From Blepharisma stoltei ATCC 30299 (taxonomy: Eukaryota > Protista > Ciliophora), in NCBI GenBank assembly GCA_965603825.1, contig CBFDEM010000050.1, positions 62,001 to 126,000 of the forward strand: a stretch of 64,000 nucleotides of DNA. The letters are read 5' to 3'. The notes under the pieces are model-generated. The model was given only the letters and a program-made list of their open reading frames with translations. It was not told the DNA's origin and made no database searches. This document shows, in pieces, positions 14,714-26,757 of this stretch. Made by a program: the position numbers and the translations under genes. Position 1 is the first letter of the stretch; each line of letters starts with the position of its first letter.

Positions 14714-16045
14714 ATGAAAAAGTTCAAGGCGCTAGTCAGAAAGAGAAAGCTGAAAAAGCGAAAAATTCCCGAGTCAGATATGCTCCCGAAAGAGCTTGAT
14801 AACATAAAATTTTTCCCTGACGAGGAGCCTATTGGTGACGATAATTTATATGATTTTTTAGATCCGGCAGCATTTAAATTATGCAAAAGAGGAGCAAGTG
14901 TGGAGCTTGAATCCGGAGTTTCTAAGTCATCGCTTGTAAGCATCACAAAACCATTTGAAAATCTAAAAATTACTCAGAACATCGATCGCGCTCAGCTGAG
15001 CATTGTTAACCCACATCTTAAGAGATTTTCTATTTCTGGATATAAAAAAGAAGATAAAGTCATTATAGACGCAGAAATTAAGATTATTTTGCCGACAGCC
15101 ACATCTAAGATAGAGCCAGTAAAAAATTCTGAAATTATTAAGGACCCACTATTATTTTCGTTAGATAAAGCAATAAATTCTCCAAAAGAAGAAACAAAAT
15201 CGCTTCCAAACGTACCTATAAAATCTGTCCCTGCCAAGGAAAATGCTATTAATACAGCGAATAATACAGGTGAAGTAAAAATTCAAAAGGAAATAGAGCC
15301 TATAAAGAAGCCATCTAATGAAATTGAGGAAAATAAAGACAATTCTTCAGATGCATTCGATGCAATGTTTACTGTAGGGAATAGCAGATTATTACCTTGC
15401 TCTGCAGAAGTTAGAGCGAAGACTCCCGCTTTTGATTTGCTGCTAGAAATGGAGGCAGGGTCTGATTGAAAATTGAAGCTAAATAAGCCATTTGCCAAAA
15501 TTTACTTAAAAAAAGGGACAGATCGATATCCATCAGTCCCTGTTGTAAAAGCATTTTTAGATATGGAATTAAATGTACTGCCTGAAAATCTAATTTTCGT
15601 TTTATATGACATTGAGACTAGAAAAAAATGGGATAAGTCTTCTGTTAGTGAATTTATTGAAATTACGAAGACTGAAGACGTGGTACACTATTATATGCTA
15701 AATAAAGCGCCTTGGCCTTTTACTGATAGAGATTTTGTGGAAAAAAGATATATGAGAAAAAGGGATAATGGGGATATAGAAATTTATTTTGAAGACTGTG
15801 CACATGCAGATTATCCAGAAAGGGGGAAAAAAGTAACGAGAGGGAAAACTATACTTGGTGGACAAATTATGAGAAGAAAAATATCGAAAACTAGTGGCCA
15901 ACCTACACTTTTAGTAACTTTTATATGCCAAGCTGATATGAATGGGAAAATACCTGCTAAGGCCTTAAAAGAAACACTGCCAGCATCAATGCTTAAGTGG
16001 TATAAAGCAGTACAAAAAGAACTAAATTCATTTGTCTGTAAATAA
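14714..16045 (+). CDS. START-domain lipid-binding protein
   Basis: Two same-frame ORFs joined at TGA. C-terminal RKKWDKS, APWPFTDRDFV, DMNGKIP are typical START motifs. Confidence 0.88.
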
Positions 16046-16247
16046 TGCGAGTGAACTATTTAGAAAATATAAAATAACACAAAATATCTCTAAATTATTT
16101 CATGTAATTTATTATTCATATCCTTTAACTCAATTATAAAATAAATCTAAAACTTATTTATAATGCAATCTTTTTATATCCTTTTTCTTTTCTTTAAAAT
16201 ACCTTATAGAAAAGTATTTTTGAAAAATAATTATATTGTCGAAGAAT

Positions 16248-16562
16248 ATGGTGCAGTGGGAAGAACCTTTATTTGGCTGTTTTCGAGACTGTTGTAGCTG
16301 CATAATAATATCTCTCTGTCCCATGGCGTATTGTGTTTATCAAGGAATAAGCGTTAAAAAGGCTACTGGAGAATCTTGCTTATGTGCATGCTGCTACTCT
16401 GCTGTTTTATGCTGTATTGGCGCTGCAATTAATAGAGGGAAGATAAGGGATAGGTATCTTATAAACGGAAGCTGTTTTAGTGATTGTTTATTACACTGTC
16501 TCTGCGGCCCATGTGCAGCTTGCCAAGAATATAGAGAAGTAAATGTCCGTGAATCGCGGTAG
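16248..16562 (+). CDS. PLAC8 family Cys-rich protein
   Basis: WEEPLFGCFRD...R.KIRDRYLINGSCFSDCLLHCLCGPCAACQEYREV. Confidence 0.92.
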   Translation: MVQWEEPLFGCFRDCCSCIIISLCPMAYCVYQGISVKKATGESCLCACCYSAVLCCIGAAINRGKIRDRYLINGSCFSDCLLHCLCGPCAACQEYREVNVRESR

Positions 16563-16940
16563 GCAATATAAAAATTCAAAGGTAAAATGTTTAAATTAAC
16601 AAAAAACATTTTAATCAATTCTCGATTTATTAGAAATCAAGGAATAAAAGATTATTTATAAGGTAGTTTTGGATCATTTTATTACCAAAATAGCTGATTA
16701 AGAAGATATCTTTAATAATTAAATCAGTTACGAATTAATCAAGCATGACTATAATTTTATAATAGCTGGATTCTTTATTGCATGTTTTATTTGTCACTAT
16801 AAAGTTTTCATTGAGTAGTTTTCATATAGTGATAAGAAAAGTCTTAAATATATATACACATTTGAAGTTTAAAAATAAGGAATTCAGATATGACTTTAAC
16901 AAAATAACTTGTTTATGAATTCGATAATCTTTCATAATAA

Positions 16941-18053
16941 ATGTCAGCTAAAGAAGTGTGGGTTTTACTATCAATATACAGTTTAATAGTTGCAGCCTTT
17001 ATCGTAGTAATTGTCTCATCTGCATCTAGTCAGAGCAAGACCACAAAACTTGAAAAATTTGAACTAGTGGCAGGACAGCCTCTAAGATTTCATCTTTTAG
17101 GGGATTTTGGTGAACTTGATCCTTATGAGAAAATTTATAATGAGTACCCTGTCCAAGTAGTTGCCCAGAGAATGGTAGCAAATGCTTATGTGAGGCCAAT
17201 CTCTATGATTATCACAACTGGAGATAATAGATATCCAAAGCCAGACTCAAAATTTGACCAGGTGATTTACAAATATCTTTACCACATCTTCAACAAAGGT
17301 GGCTTACAAAGTAAACCTTGGTTTTTAGTCCTCGGAAATCATGACTGTTCAAGTAATCCTCAATATGAAATAGATGCAACCTCCCTCTACCCTATGTGGC
17401 ATTTACCTCGAAAATTTTATAATTTTACAATTGAAATCGACAATAAATATTTAGCTGCATTTATTTTTATGAATGGATGCTCACTGGCTCATGACATAAA
17501 TAAAGTAGGAGATTTAGAGCAATATGAATGGCTTGAAAAAATCCTTAAAGATTTAAATAGAAATCCAAGAGTGAAGTGAATATTAGTTAACATACATGAA
17601 CCACCATTTTCTGCAGGGATTCATCATGGCGATAACGAGCCTATCAAAAAATTCATCCTTCCATTACTTTTTAAGTATAATGTTGACATCCTTATGACAG
17701 GACATGAACACAATATGCAATATTTTATATCAAGATATAGCAATGATACAATGCCTCCCTATGAGCCATTGCCGAATTCTACTTTTAATTGCTCAAAAGA
17801 AGAGTTTGTGCCTTATAACAGAGAAAGCTTTTGGATTAAAGGACAAGGCTTGCATGAAATTGTACAAGGCGCTGGAGGAGCTGAGCTTTATGAGCTATGT
17901 CCAAATAAAACGACTGAAATGGCTGATTTAGTGTACGGTAATGTCCAGTTTGGGTTTTCTGAGGTGTATATTGATAGCACCATGATATCTGTGGATTATT
18001 ATGCCATAGATGAAGGAGACCCAGTTTATTCTTTGAAAATTTATGCTAAATAG
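16941..18053 (+). CDS. Purple acid phosphatase (ACP5-like metallophosphoesterase) with N-terminal membrane anchor
   Basis: GDFG, TGDN, LGNHD, GHEH metal-binding motifs; one TGA in 'RVK(W)ILV'; ends TAG. Confidence 0.9.
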
Positions 18054-18136
18054 TTATTATTCTTTTTAAATAACACATTTAATTATACTTTTATTGGGAA
18101 AAAAATAAATATATTGTTAAAAAATTATAATTATAA

Positions 18137-18403
18137 ATGGATCAGAGATTTATCATTAAGTCAGTTGACATGCCTGAAGAGATAGCAAATAAAGCCATTC
18201 AGACAGCTTTTGATGCAAAAGAGAAGTTTACAAACCACAACCAAATTGCTGCGTACATAAAGAGACAGTTTGATTCAGAGTTTCAGCCAGCTTGGCACTG
18301 TATAGTAGGAAGAGGATTTGGGAGTTTCGTCACTCATGACACAGGAAACTTAGTTTACTTTTTCTTGGAAGAATTCGCGATTTTGCTTTGGAAATCAGGG
18401 TAG
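18137..18403 (+). CDS. Dynein light chain, LC8 family
   Basis: IKSVDM...IAAYIKRQFD...WHCIVGRGFGSFVTH...ILLWKSG. Confidence 0.95.
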   Translation: MDQRFIIKSVDMPEEIANKAIQTAFDAKEKFTNHNQIAAYIKRQFDSEFQPAWHCIVGRGFGSFVTHDTGNLVYFFLEEFAILLWKSG

Positions 18404-18558
18404 ACAAGCTGACTTATTTGACTTTAAGAATAATTATATTTAATTTCCAATAATAATGTGAAGCGGGTTAAAGTTTTTGCTAAAATTAGTTGAATAATTA
18501 GTTAAATTTTGAAAAAATAAAATTGAGCTGCTTAGCCTCTTGTTTATGCATAATATTT

Positions 18559-19194
18559 TTACTGCAATATACATTTAACACACTGACTCCTTGCTCTGTC
18601 ATCATGGTTTTCCATAAATTCTTCTGTTTTGTTAGTAAAATTACTTGTTGCTCTCAGCCTATTTGATGCCTTTCTAGGGGAATTAACGCTAAGCTTTGCT
18701 TCACTGCCATATTCAGTCCCTTCCAAATCCCCTTGTGATTTTTTCTCATCAAATGCAGAAACAGCTGTAATAGGTGATTGAAGGTTAATGATTTCTTGAA
18801 AAGGGTCTGGCTTATTAAACCGTCCTTGGTTATAATGGTTTTGTCCCTGCTCTGACCTGTTCGTACTAAACTGATTCGCTTTAACCGGAGGAATAGTCAC
18901 AGAATGGACTTTTCTCGTAGGTTCTTCAATCATCCTTATTTCTGTTATATCTTGGCTGCGATGGTTTGCAGAAAATTCTTCATTTTCTGAGTCACTGCCA
19001 CTATTGTTTTCTTCATGGTCAGAGTCAGCTAAATTTAATTTTTCTTCAGTTTTTTTTGACATGCGATTTAAATCGTGTGTTTCTTTAGAAAGGGAAATGA
19101 AGTCTGTGTTGGAGTCTTTTAAATCAATAATCAAATCAGGCTCTTTTGTGGAATAATTCGAGCTTGTGTTCGATTGAGGATCGACTTGTTCCAT
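18559..19194 (-). CDS. Hypothetical disordered protein with C-terminal CaaX-like motif
   Basis: 211-aa ORF, low complexity, ends QCVKCILQ*. Confidence 0.7.
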   Translation of the reverse strand: MEQVDPQSNTSSNYSTKEPDLIIDLKDSNTDFISLSKETHDLNRMSKKTEEKLNLADSDHEENNSGSDSENEEFSANHRSQDITEIRMIEEPTRKVHSVTIPPVKANQFSTNRSEQGQNHYNQGRFNKPDPFQEIINLQSPITAVSAFDEKKSQGDLEGTEYGSEAKLSVNSPRKASNRLRATSNFTNKTEEFMENHDDRARSQCVKCILQ

Positions 19195-19548
19195 GATGGA
19201 ATATTATTTTATCATTTTTATGTGAAGCCTTCTTTTGGCTCTTCAATATTATTAATTTTTATAAAAATTCTGAAGCTTCTTGGAGATTTTTTATTTGAAT
19301 TTAATTAATTTATGAAAAATGTAGGGCAAGATCTCGAAATATGAACTGCAATATAACTGTTAAAGAAAATTGAGGCCAAAGGATGAGATAGGATGCAGAA
19401 TAGAATTTTATAAAAATAATTCAGTGAAAGGCTTTTTAGGGTTGACGGAAAGCTAATATAATTTGTAGCTAAAAATTCAATTGATTTAAAAATCGAATAT
19501 TTTAAAGAAATTTAAGTATTTTAAATTTCATTAATCAAATGATTATTT

Positions 19549-20064
19549 ATGTCATATCCAAAAAGACACATTTCACCTAATGCTGGTTCAGCTCCAACCT
19601 CAGCTCGACTACTAAGATCAACCCACCCTGATGCATATAACACATACTCAGGATTTTATTCTCCTAGGCGTTCCAATTCCTCTAAAAGATCAGCCTCAGA
19701 AGAACGCAAGGATATCGATACTTTAAGAAAAGAAGCACTTTACTTAAGAAATTCCTTTCGCAATGCAATCCAAGAAATAAAACAAATAAAAATCGCTCAT
19801 CAAGAAGACCTAAAATCAATGCATTTCGCATTTGAAGAATTGCGGCGTGAGATCGAAACTATTAAATTTGAAAAGGTTGAGAAAACTACTCAACAGAATG
19901 GAGGAGGGTCAATAGAAGAATACACAAAGCTTGCACAAGAGTTGATCAGCTTAAGAACTGACGTTGATAGGCTAAGTAGCAGTATTGGAAAAGAATCAAG
20001 GGCCTCTGCAGTCCAAAGCTATGAAAATTTCCTTCATGAAAAAACCCGAGGAAGAGGCCATTAG
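19549..20064 (+). CDS. Hypothetical coiled-coil protein
   Basis: 171-aa ORF, Ser/Arg-rich N-terminus then heptad-like region; ends TAG. Confidence 0.7.
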   Translation: MSYPKRHISPNAGSAPTSARLLRSTHPDAYNTYSGFYSPRRSNSSKRSASEERKDIDTLRKEALYLRNSFRNAIQEIKQIKIAHQEDLKSMHFAFEELRREIETIKFEKVEKTTQQNGGGSIEEYTKLAQELISLRTDVDRLSSSIGKESRASAVQSYENFLHEKTRGRGH

Positions 20065-20435
20065 GTTGAAAAAGAATAAAATTTGCATTAACTTATTTTT
20101 AATATGATTTCTAATAGGAAAGATATATAACGACATAAGGAAAGCCGTCAAAATAATGAAGATATATGCAAAATAGTCTAGAGAAATAGATTATACATAT
20201 TATTGTATAAATAAGGCTATTTCATACTATAAAAGCCATTTTAGGCCGAATTTGAAAATATTATTGTATCGAGCCTTTAAAATTTTTCATCCCCAGCTAA
20301 TAAAATATACACTATACAATTTAAAATTTGCATAGAATTTTTATAGCCTAGAAATTAAATATCAGAAAAAATTACTCGACCTGATAAAATTTTTCATTTA
20401 GCTGACCATTTCTTATCATCCTCTAAATTTACAAT

Positions 20436-21641
20436 ATGCATAATGAATTAGAATCCTTAAAAGAACTTCTTTTGCAAGACTCATGAGACTACACAACTGA
20501 GCCCGAGCTCATCGACCGCAATTCCTGCAATCGAGGCTCGCTAAGCGCTACTTTGCGGGCTTCAAAAATCCTTCTTTTTGACATAAATTCCAAAAATTGC
20601 TATTTGCTTAATTTAGACGATATTTATGACCAAAAAAATATTCTGCACGACAAGGATAATTCCTATGCTTTAATTTTTCAAGGTTTAGATGAACAAGAAG
20701 TCAAAGAAATTAGAAAATTTTTTGGTCTTCACCCAGTGATAGATTATGAATGTGCGAGCAACCATTTCAATAATAAAGACCATATGCTTGATTTTCATGA
20801 TTATTATTTGTTGACTATTAATGATGCTAGTATAGAGGGAGATGTAGAAAATCCGGTATCTATGAAAACTATTATTAGGAAAAATTTAATTTTGATTTTT
20901 TGTGAGGAGAGGGTTTATTGTATTAGGCAGCTATTTTATAAAGAATTGAATATAATTGATTTTGAGAACCGGGAATTCGAAAATTATATATGGGATTATA
21001 ATATTGCATGCAGGAAAACAGAAATCAATGAAAAATGCGGGTGCTCAGCAGTTGAAGCTATTTTTCACAGACTAATTGAGTGGATTTTTGCGAGACTCGA
21101 AAAAATCGCCTCAAATATGAATATAGAAGCGAGATGCTGTCTAGACTTTGCCACTGGAAAAATGAAAATCGGAGAACGCTTTGGGTTTATTACCAGGCTA
21201 AGCAAAGCTGAAAGACACATGCAGTGCCTTATTGACCTAATCAAGCCCAAATGCAAAGTATTTGATTCTTTATTAAAATCCTTAAACACCTCAAAAAGCT
21301 TGAAATATTACATAAAAAGTCTGAAAACAAGGGCTGAAGTTTTGGACAGAAAAATAGTCCACAGTCACACAATTTTATTAAAATCTGAAAAAATATTCAA
21401 TGCGACTATAGAAGACACACAAAATGAGACGGCAGATAAATTGTTAAAAATAATGAACCTTTTTTCAGGAATTGCGACTATTTATTTTCCTGCAAATCAT
21501 ATTCCAGGGACTATGGGGATGAATATACCTATTCCATTCAAAGAATGAGACTCATTTATACCTTATATTTGTTGCTGAGGGTTAATTGCGCTGATTTCAA
21601 TTAATTTTACTATTATTTTCAGGTGTAAGGGATGGTTTTAA
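20436..21641 (+). CDS. CorA/MIT-family Mg2+ transporter
   Basis: In-frame ATG at 20436 via TGA; FGLHP motif; GMN signature (GTMGMNIPIP); second TM and KGWF* only appear when TGA at 21546 is read as Trp. Confidence 0.9.
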
Positions 21642-21836
21642 TAGTGAGACATTAAAGTTTAAAAATTTTATAATTTAGCTAACATTTATTTAAAAATATA
21701 TAAAATGAGCCTAATATTTCTCTTATTAGTCCTAGCAGGCTTAATATTTTAAATTTAATAGAAAATCCAATACAACATAATCCCTCTCTAAACTCATGTT
21801 TGTTTATATCAACTTTTAAGACTATTTATATCCATC

Positions 21837-23066
21837 ATGATATTAGCAGAAACAAAAGACTTTTCCGCATTCATTGAAACACTCAAAGACAAAAAATCAG
21901 CAGAAACTGGGCTACTAATAGGAAGCTGGATCAGTGACAAGCCTCATATTTATTTCCAATCGAGAACACCTTCTTTAGAAATTCAGCCACAAAAAGGAAT
22001 TTCGGCGCTGCTTTCGACCCCTTTGACACCTCCTGAGGCACTTTATTCAGATTGGGTCCTTGAACATTCTAATCAGCTTTCCCGGCTACTTCCAGGAGGT
22101 CTAGATATTATTGGCTTATTTATGGTTTCTGATGAAGAATTGAATTTAGAAAGCTTTGCGTTCTTACCATCAGGGCTTTTAAGCTTATTAAATGACCTTT
22201 CTATAGAAGTTTTATCAAGAAATTCAGTTTTACTTATGCATTTCAATTCATGCAGTTATAAATATACACTTAAAATTGTTGATTTAAAAGTAAAACTTAT
22301 AACTGCTGGAGACTTAAAGCTAGTCCAATTACCTAAACTGGAAGAAATCCGCTGTTTTCTAAAGGTAAATCTCGAAGCTGCAGGAGAAGGAATTCCTCAA
22401 CTCTTAATCCAAGATATTTTAAAAGAATGAAACGTGATGCTCCATTCCTGCATAATTTTTATAGACAAACAGCTCAAAAGTGATCAAATTATTGGAAATT
22501 TAAAACAAGGAATTAATGCCCAAGATAAAGGGTTTCATATTGCTGAAATTTATTCAAAAAATTATGGATTTTGCTCTAATGAACAGTTATTTAGAATTAA
22601 TATACAAGGATTTATAGAGAGCAGAGTCCTTGTTACTCAGAAAATGACGATAAAAGAGGCAAGGGACTTGATAATTAAAGATATATTATTTTCGATGAAA
22701 GACAGGCTAGAAATTGTGTCTGATGAGTTTACTGTGGAAAAGAACCCGTTTTTGGCAGCTCCGCTGCCAAGAAAAATACAGCTGCCTAGAAGAGTGTTTT
22801 ATTCTTATAACAGTTGTGTGCTGAGCAGCTATATTTCGGCTTCACAAGAGGAAAATATAGCCCAAGCCTATACAGAAGTAATAGCTTCTGTTAAGCTCAC
22901 CCCTGTTGATTCTGTTGAAACTCTACCCAAAGTTGAAACTAAACATGAAGAAAATAGCAATAATTCAAATAAAATAGACTCAAATTCTGAGATATTTTCA
23001 TATACAATCTTTGGAATGATGTTTATGATGCTTTTTATCTCTTTTATTGTCAAGGCATACTACTAA
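21837..23066 (+). CDS. ODR-4-like ER membrane protein
   Basis: GLLIG, WVLEHSNQLSRLLPGGLDIIGLF, LPRRVF and a C-terminal TM anchor; one TGA. Confidence 0.82.
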
Positions 23067-23134
23067 TTATAAAATCTTTTATATTTTAACACCACAGAAA
23101 TATGGCTACACTTTCATATATTTCTAATTATTAC

Positions 23135-26100
23135 TTATGCTTTAACTTTTCTTTTTCTCGACACCTCTTCATCTCCTCTAAGCCCTGCTTCAAATTCATC
23201 TAACAAAATTTTCGACTCAGGTTTCCAGTTCTTTTTGCATTTTGTTAAAATTTCATTGAAATATCCCGCCAATATTCCATCCTCTAACAGTCTATTCTGC
23301 CAGGTCGACACATTATCAAGGAGTCTCCTCATCCCTTTTTCTCCTATTGGTATCCTTGTCAAGCAATACCCAATATTTAATACTTCATCCTTGCTTGACA
23401 TTAAAAACTTGTGGCATAATTTTTCAACTAAATTTTCTCCTTGTCTTTCTTTTTCAATATAAGAAAATAAAAGGTCAGCAATTCTTTTGAACTGTGGATG
23501 AGGGATTGAGGACTGAAGAAGCTTGCTGATAGTGTCTGGGATCATATTATATATAGTATTTGCATCTTTTTGGTGGAGTTCCTGCAAGAAAATGCATACA
23601 ACCTTTTTTAAGTCTTTTTCTAAATAGCACTGAAGTACTTCTCCCATCAGCCCTTTCATTTTTAGCATATCGTTTAAGACTAAATGAGAAATCACAAGCA
23701 GAGCTTTTTTGCCCACCTTTGTATCAGGATCTTTGAGTCTTGCAAATAAATGCTCGGAGTATTGCTCAAGAAGGTTAGGATACCTCATAACAAGGTCGCC
23801 TAGAGATATTAATGCAGAACTCCTCATTGAGGCACAGTCACCATTTTGAGCGATATTTATTAGTGTTGGCAAATATTTTTCACAGATTGCTGGGTTTATA
23901 CACATGATTTTTGATAGTGATAAAACCACAGATTTTTTAAGGATGCTGGTTTTTATACTATCCATACGTGTTGAAAGGGAAAGTATAAGTGGTGTAAGTT
24001 TCCCTAAAATCCCAGTTGTTACGATTTTTTCTTGAGAAATTCTTAATGCTTGCAGCTCATTTTCTACTTGTGCTGCTTTTCCACCACTGATTTCGTCCAT
24101 TTCATCTTGTTTTCCACCAGTTAGCATTGATTTTTTGTACTTTAAAGCCATTTTGTCACCATATACGACAGTTTTCATTGCAATTTCTGTGCCTACAAAT
24201 ATTGCTTTAGCGACTTCAATTTCTGAGTTTTTGCCATCTGTAAGAGGTTTAAGGCTTTGTACGGCAAATGCTTTTAAGACAGTTAATGGCTGATTACAAA
24301 TTGTGGAAGCAGCTCTGACAAGCTGCTCAGCAACAGAAAACCACCCAGACCCGTCAAATTCAAATAATTTGTGGATGGCTTGAGCTATGAATTGGTCAGT
24401 TTTTTCACCTTGATGCTCAAGTTTTTGAAAAGCGACCAAGGTTTCTCTAAAGATTTTCCAGTCCCCTGCTAGCTGCAGAGCTCTTGCTGCAAATGTGTCG
24501 TATCTTCTGTTTAAGAAAGAAGGGTCTGAAGAAGCAGTAAATCTTAAAATACAAGCAGCAGGATAGGAGACACTGCTTTTAAAGACAGACCAAATTTTTT
24601 TCAAAATTTGGGGTGGGACTGACTGCTGCTGAAGGAGTTCACAAAATAAATCTTCCAAAGAAGTCAATTGGCCTGTAGTCAAAGTTTCTATAAGCTCAAG
24701 CAAGTTTGCCACAACTTCTTCTTCATTGTGCAATTTTAAATTCAAATATATATTACTAAAAGCCTGCAAAACAGTTTTTCTTACTGTAGTTTCTCTGTTC
24801 CATATTAAAGAGAGCATGGATGCTGCAGCATCATATGCAGTAGTTATCCCTCTTAGATTGCAAGCAACCAGCCCATCTATAGCTCCTGTGATATCTGAGC
24901 TGTTTTTGCTTTTTAATAATTCTTTTAATATTTTTGACCCATGCTCTAGCAGTTTTATCATGTCTGCATAATCTGTTAAAAATTTGGCAGTTAACTGTTC
25001 TTTTACATACATCATTTGAAGGTCTTCTGGCTCTATATTATTTAAACTTTCGTCTACTTGTCCATCACAAGCACGTTGCAAGGACTCGAGTTTTATTTTA
25101 GTTTTGTCTATTTGCTCGTCGATTAAATTTTTATTTTCGACTTTCATACCCCCTTCAAGTAGCTTATTTTGATAAATCAAGCATTCAAATAATTGACAAG
25201 CTTTTTTTCTTACAAGAACTGTACAGTCATGAAGCCTTGAAGTCGCTATATTAAGAATTGGCAAAAACCAATGTCTCGGAAGTAAGTTTTCTTTGTTTAG
25301 GGTTATGAAGACATCAATGACTCTTGCGCGGCAAAAGCTGGATTTATCAAGAATACGGTCTTGGAGTCCTTGTAGCAGCTGTTCTCTATATGTTGTTGCT
25401 GTGTCTTTTTCAGTAGCTTCATTTTGATCAGCTCGGATTAAGAAGCATACGATCTCTCCAATAGCTGTTATAATAGAGTTCCTTAAAGTATAAGACTCAC
25501 AGTCAAAAAGTCCTATCAGAGTTGGAAGATTTTGCAAAACTTCTCTTGGCAAATTAGCTGAAAGTTTCTCTATAAAAGCTCCCACATTTTTTATCCCGTT
25601 TGTATCATTTGCTGGGTTTTGCTCTAAAGCAGCTATAGAAAGAGCTTTAAGAAGGTCACAGACCAAAGTTGGCTGATGCTTCACAATGGAAGCTATTGGT
25701 CCGATGACTGCCGACTGTTCCCCAAATAAGAGGTTTACAGCTCTCGCTCTCCAGCCAACCCACATTTCTGTCTTAGCATGCTCTGCTACACAGTTCATGA
25801 TCTCACATATCTCTTCTCTTTGGCCTTTTTCTATTTCGAAAAATGTGATGTCGATGATTAATTCAATTAATCGATCTTCAGGGACTCCTCCAGGGTAGAC
25901 TGCTTTTAAAGCATTCTGCAAAGCAGATTTAATAGCTTTCAAAGCTTTTAAAAGAGCTTTGGCTAAATTTTGGTTCTTTAGCTTAGCAAAAATATGTGAA
26001 AGAAGAAGAATGTACATTTTAAAAGCATTTCTAAGCTCAGTCGAATCTTCTTGCTTCACATCTGCAAGCTTTACTAAGTTTATTAAACTTGCAGACAGCA

Positions 26101-26356
26101 TATCAGTCAAAAGCTCTTGATTTTCAGGCTTAAGTTCTTCACAGTGGTACACAAAGCTATAAACAATATCAAAATTTGAAATTATAGCTAAACAGCTTGT
26201 GTCGGTACAAAACAGACTATTCATGATGGTATCAAACTCATTTTTTTGCCTTGTAGTATTCCATTCAGTCACCTTTTTGTAACCTTGGACCCAGTATTTG
26301 TCATCAGATGGTTCATCAAGGAGATGTTCAAACTTGTTAGGTAAAATTAACTCCAT
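23135..26356 (-). CDS. NCAPD2: Condensin complex subunit 1 (CAP-D2/Cnd1 HEAT-repeat protein)
   Basis: ESYTLRNSI, RILDKSSFCRARV, RLHD..VLVRKKA, LGDL..RYPNLLE, LVISHLVLNDMLKMKG, IYNMIPDTISKL. Confidence 0.92.
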   Translation of the reverse strand: MELILPNKFEHLLDEPSDDKYWVQGYKKVTEWNTTRQKNEFDTIMNSLFCTDTSCLAIISNFDIVYSFVYHCEELKPENQELLTDMLSASLINLVKLADVKQEDSTELRNAFKMYILLLSHIFAKLKNQNLAKALLKALKAIKSALQNALKAVYPGGVPEDRLIELIIDITFFEIEKGQREEICEIMNCVAEHAKTEMWVGWRARAVNLLFGEQSAVIGPIASIVKHQPTLVCDLLKALSIAALEQNPANDTNGIKNVGAFIEKLSANLPREVLQNLPTLIGLFDCESYTLRNSIITAIGEIVCFLIRADQNEATEKDTATTYREQLLQGLQDRILDKSSFCRARVIDVFITLNKENLLPRHWFLPILNIATSRLHDCTVLVRKKACQLFECLIYQNKLLEGGMKVENKNLIDEQIDKTKIKLESLQRACDGQVDESLNNIEPEDLQMMYVKEQLTAKFLTDYADMIKLLEHGSKILKELLKSKNSSDITGAIDGLVACNLRGITTAYDAAASMLSLIWNRETTVRKTVLQAFSNIYLNLKLHNEEEVVANLLELIETLTTGQLTSLEDLFCELLQQQSVPPQILKKIWSVFKSSVSYPAACILRFTASSDPSFLNRRYDTFAARALQLAGDWKIFRETLVAFQKLEHQGEKTDQFIAQAIHKLFEFDGSGWFSVAEQLVRAASTICNQPLTVLKAFAVQSLKPLTDGKNSEIEVAKAIFVGTEIAMKTVVYGDKMALKYKKSMLTGGKQDEMDEISGGKAAQVENELQALRISQEKIVTTGILGKLTPLILSLSTRMDSIKTSILKKSVVLSLSKIMCINPAICEKYLPTLINIAQNGDCASMRSSALISLGDLVMRYPNLLEQYSEHLFARLKDPDTKVGKKALLVISHLVLNDMLKMKGLMGEVLQCYLEKDLKKVVCIFLQELHQKDANTIYNMIPDTISKLLQSSIPHPQFKRIADLLFSYIEKERQGENLVEKLCHKFLMSSKDEVLNIGYCLTRIPIGEKGMRRLLDNVSTWQNRLLEDGILAGYFNEILTKCKKNWKPESKILLDEFEAGLRGDEEVSRKRKVKA

Positions 26357-26366
26357 TTAAATTTAG

Positions 26367-26374
26367 CCGCCAAA
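26367..26374 (-). promoter_or_regulatory. E2F-like site TTTGGCGG upstream of CAP-D2
   Basis: Matches WTTSSCSS; 10 nt before the ATG in otherwise AT-rich DNA. Confidence 0.55.
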
Positions 26375-26757
26375 TTATTATTGACGATTGAATAATTTTT
26401 TAAGTATGCTGGTATATGATAGTGATATAAGTAGATTCTTTCCTTCTTGTTGCTTTAAATTTTTAGATTTTACTAGATATATAAAGCCAAAATGAGACGG
26501 CAATTTCAAAGAGGTGAAATTATAAAGGACTAAGCTAAAAAGCAAAGCTTATCTCCATTAAGATCAAACCTGCCTTTTGGAACACTTGCTAATTATTTCA
26601 TTAGTTTAGCGGTTAATGAGTTTACCTAAGAAAAAGTCACATAAAATCTTAAATTACCTAAATTTCCTTAAAAGAGCCAATATCATATAAATTTGTTATC
26701 TAATCCTATCTTTAAAATTATTCACATTTAAAAAGCTCAAAATCACGATTTTCTGTT

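Noticed and set aside
20030-20176. Possible frameshift extension of the 19549 gene at an A6 run (alternative frame KPEEEAIRLKK...)
   Set aside because: Normal TAG stop present; the alternative frame runs into AT-rich sequence with no recognisable similarity
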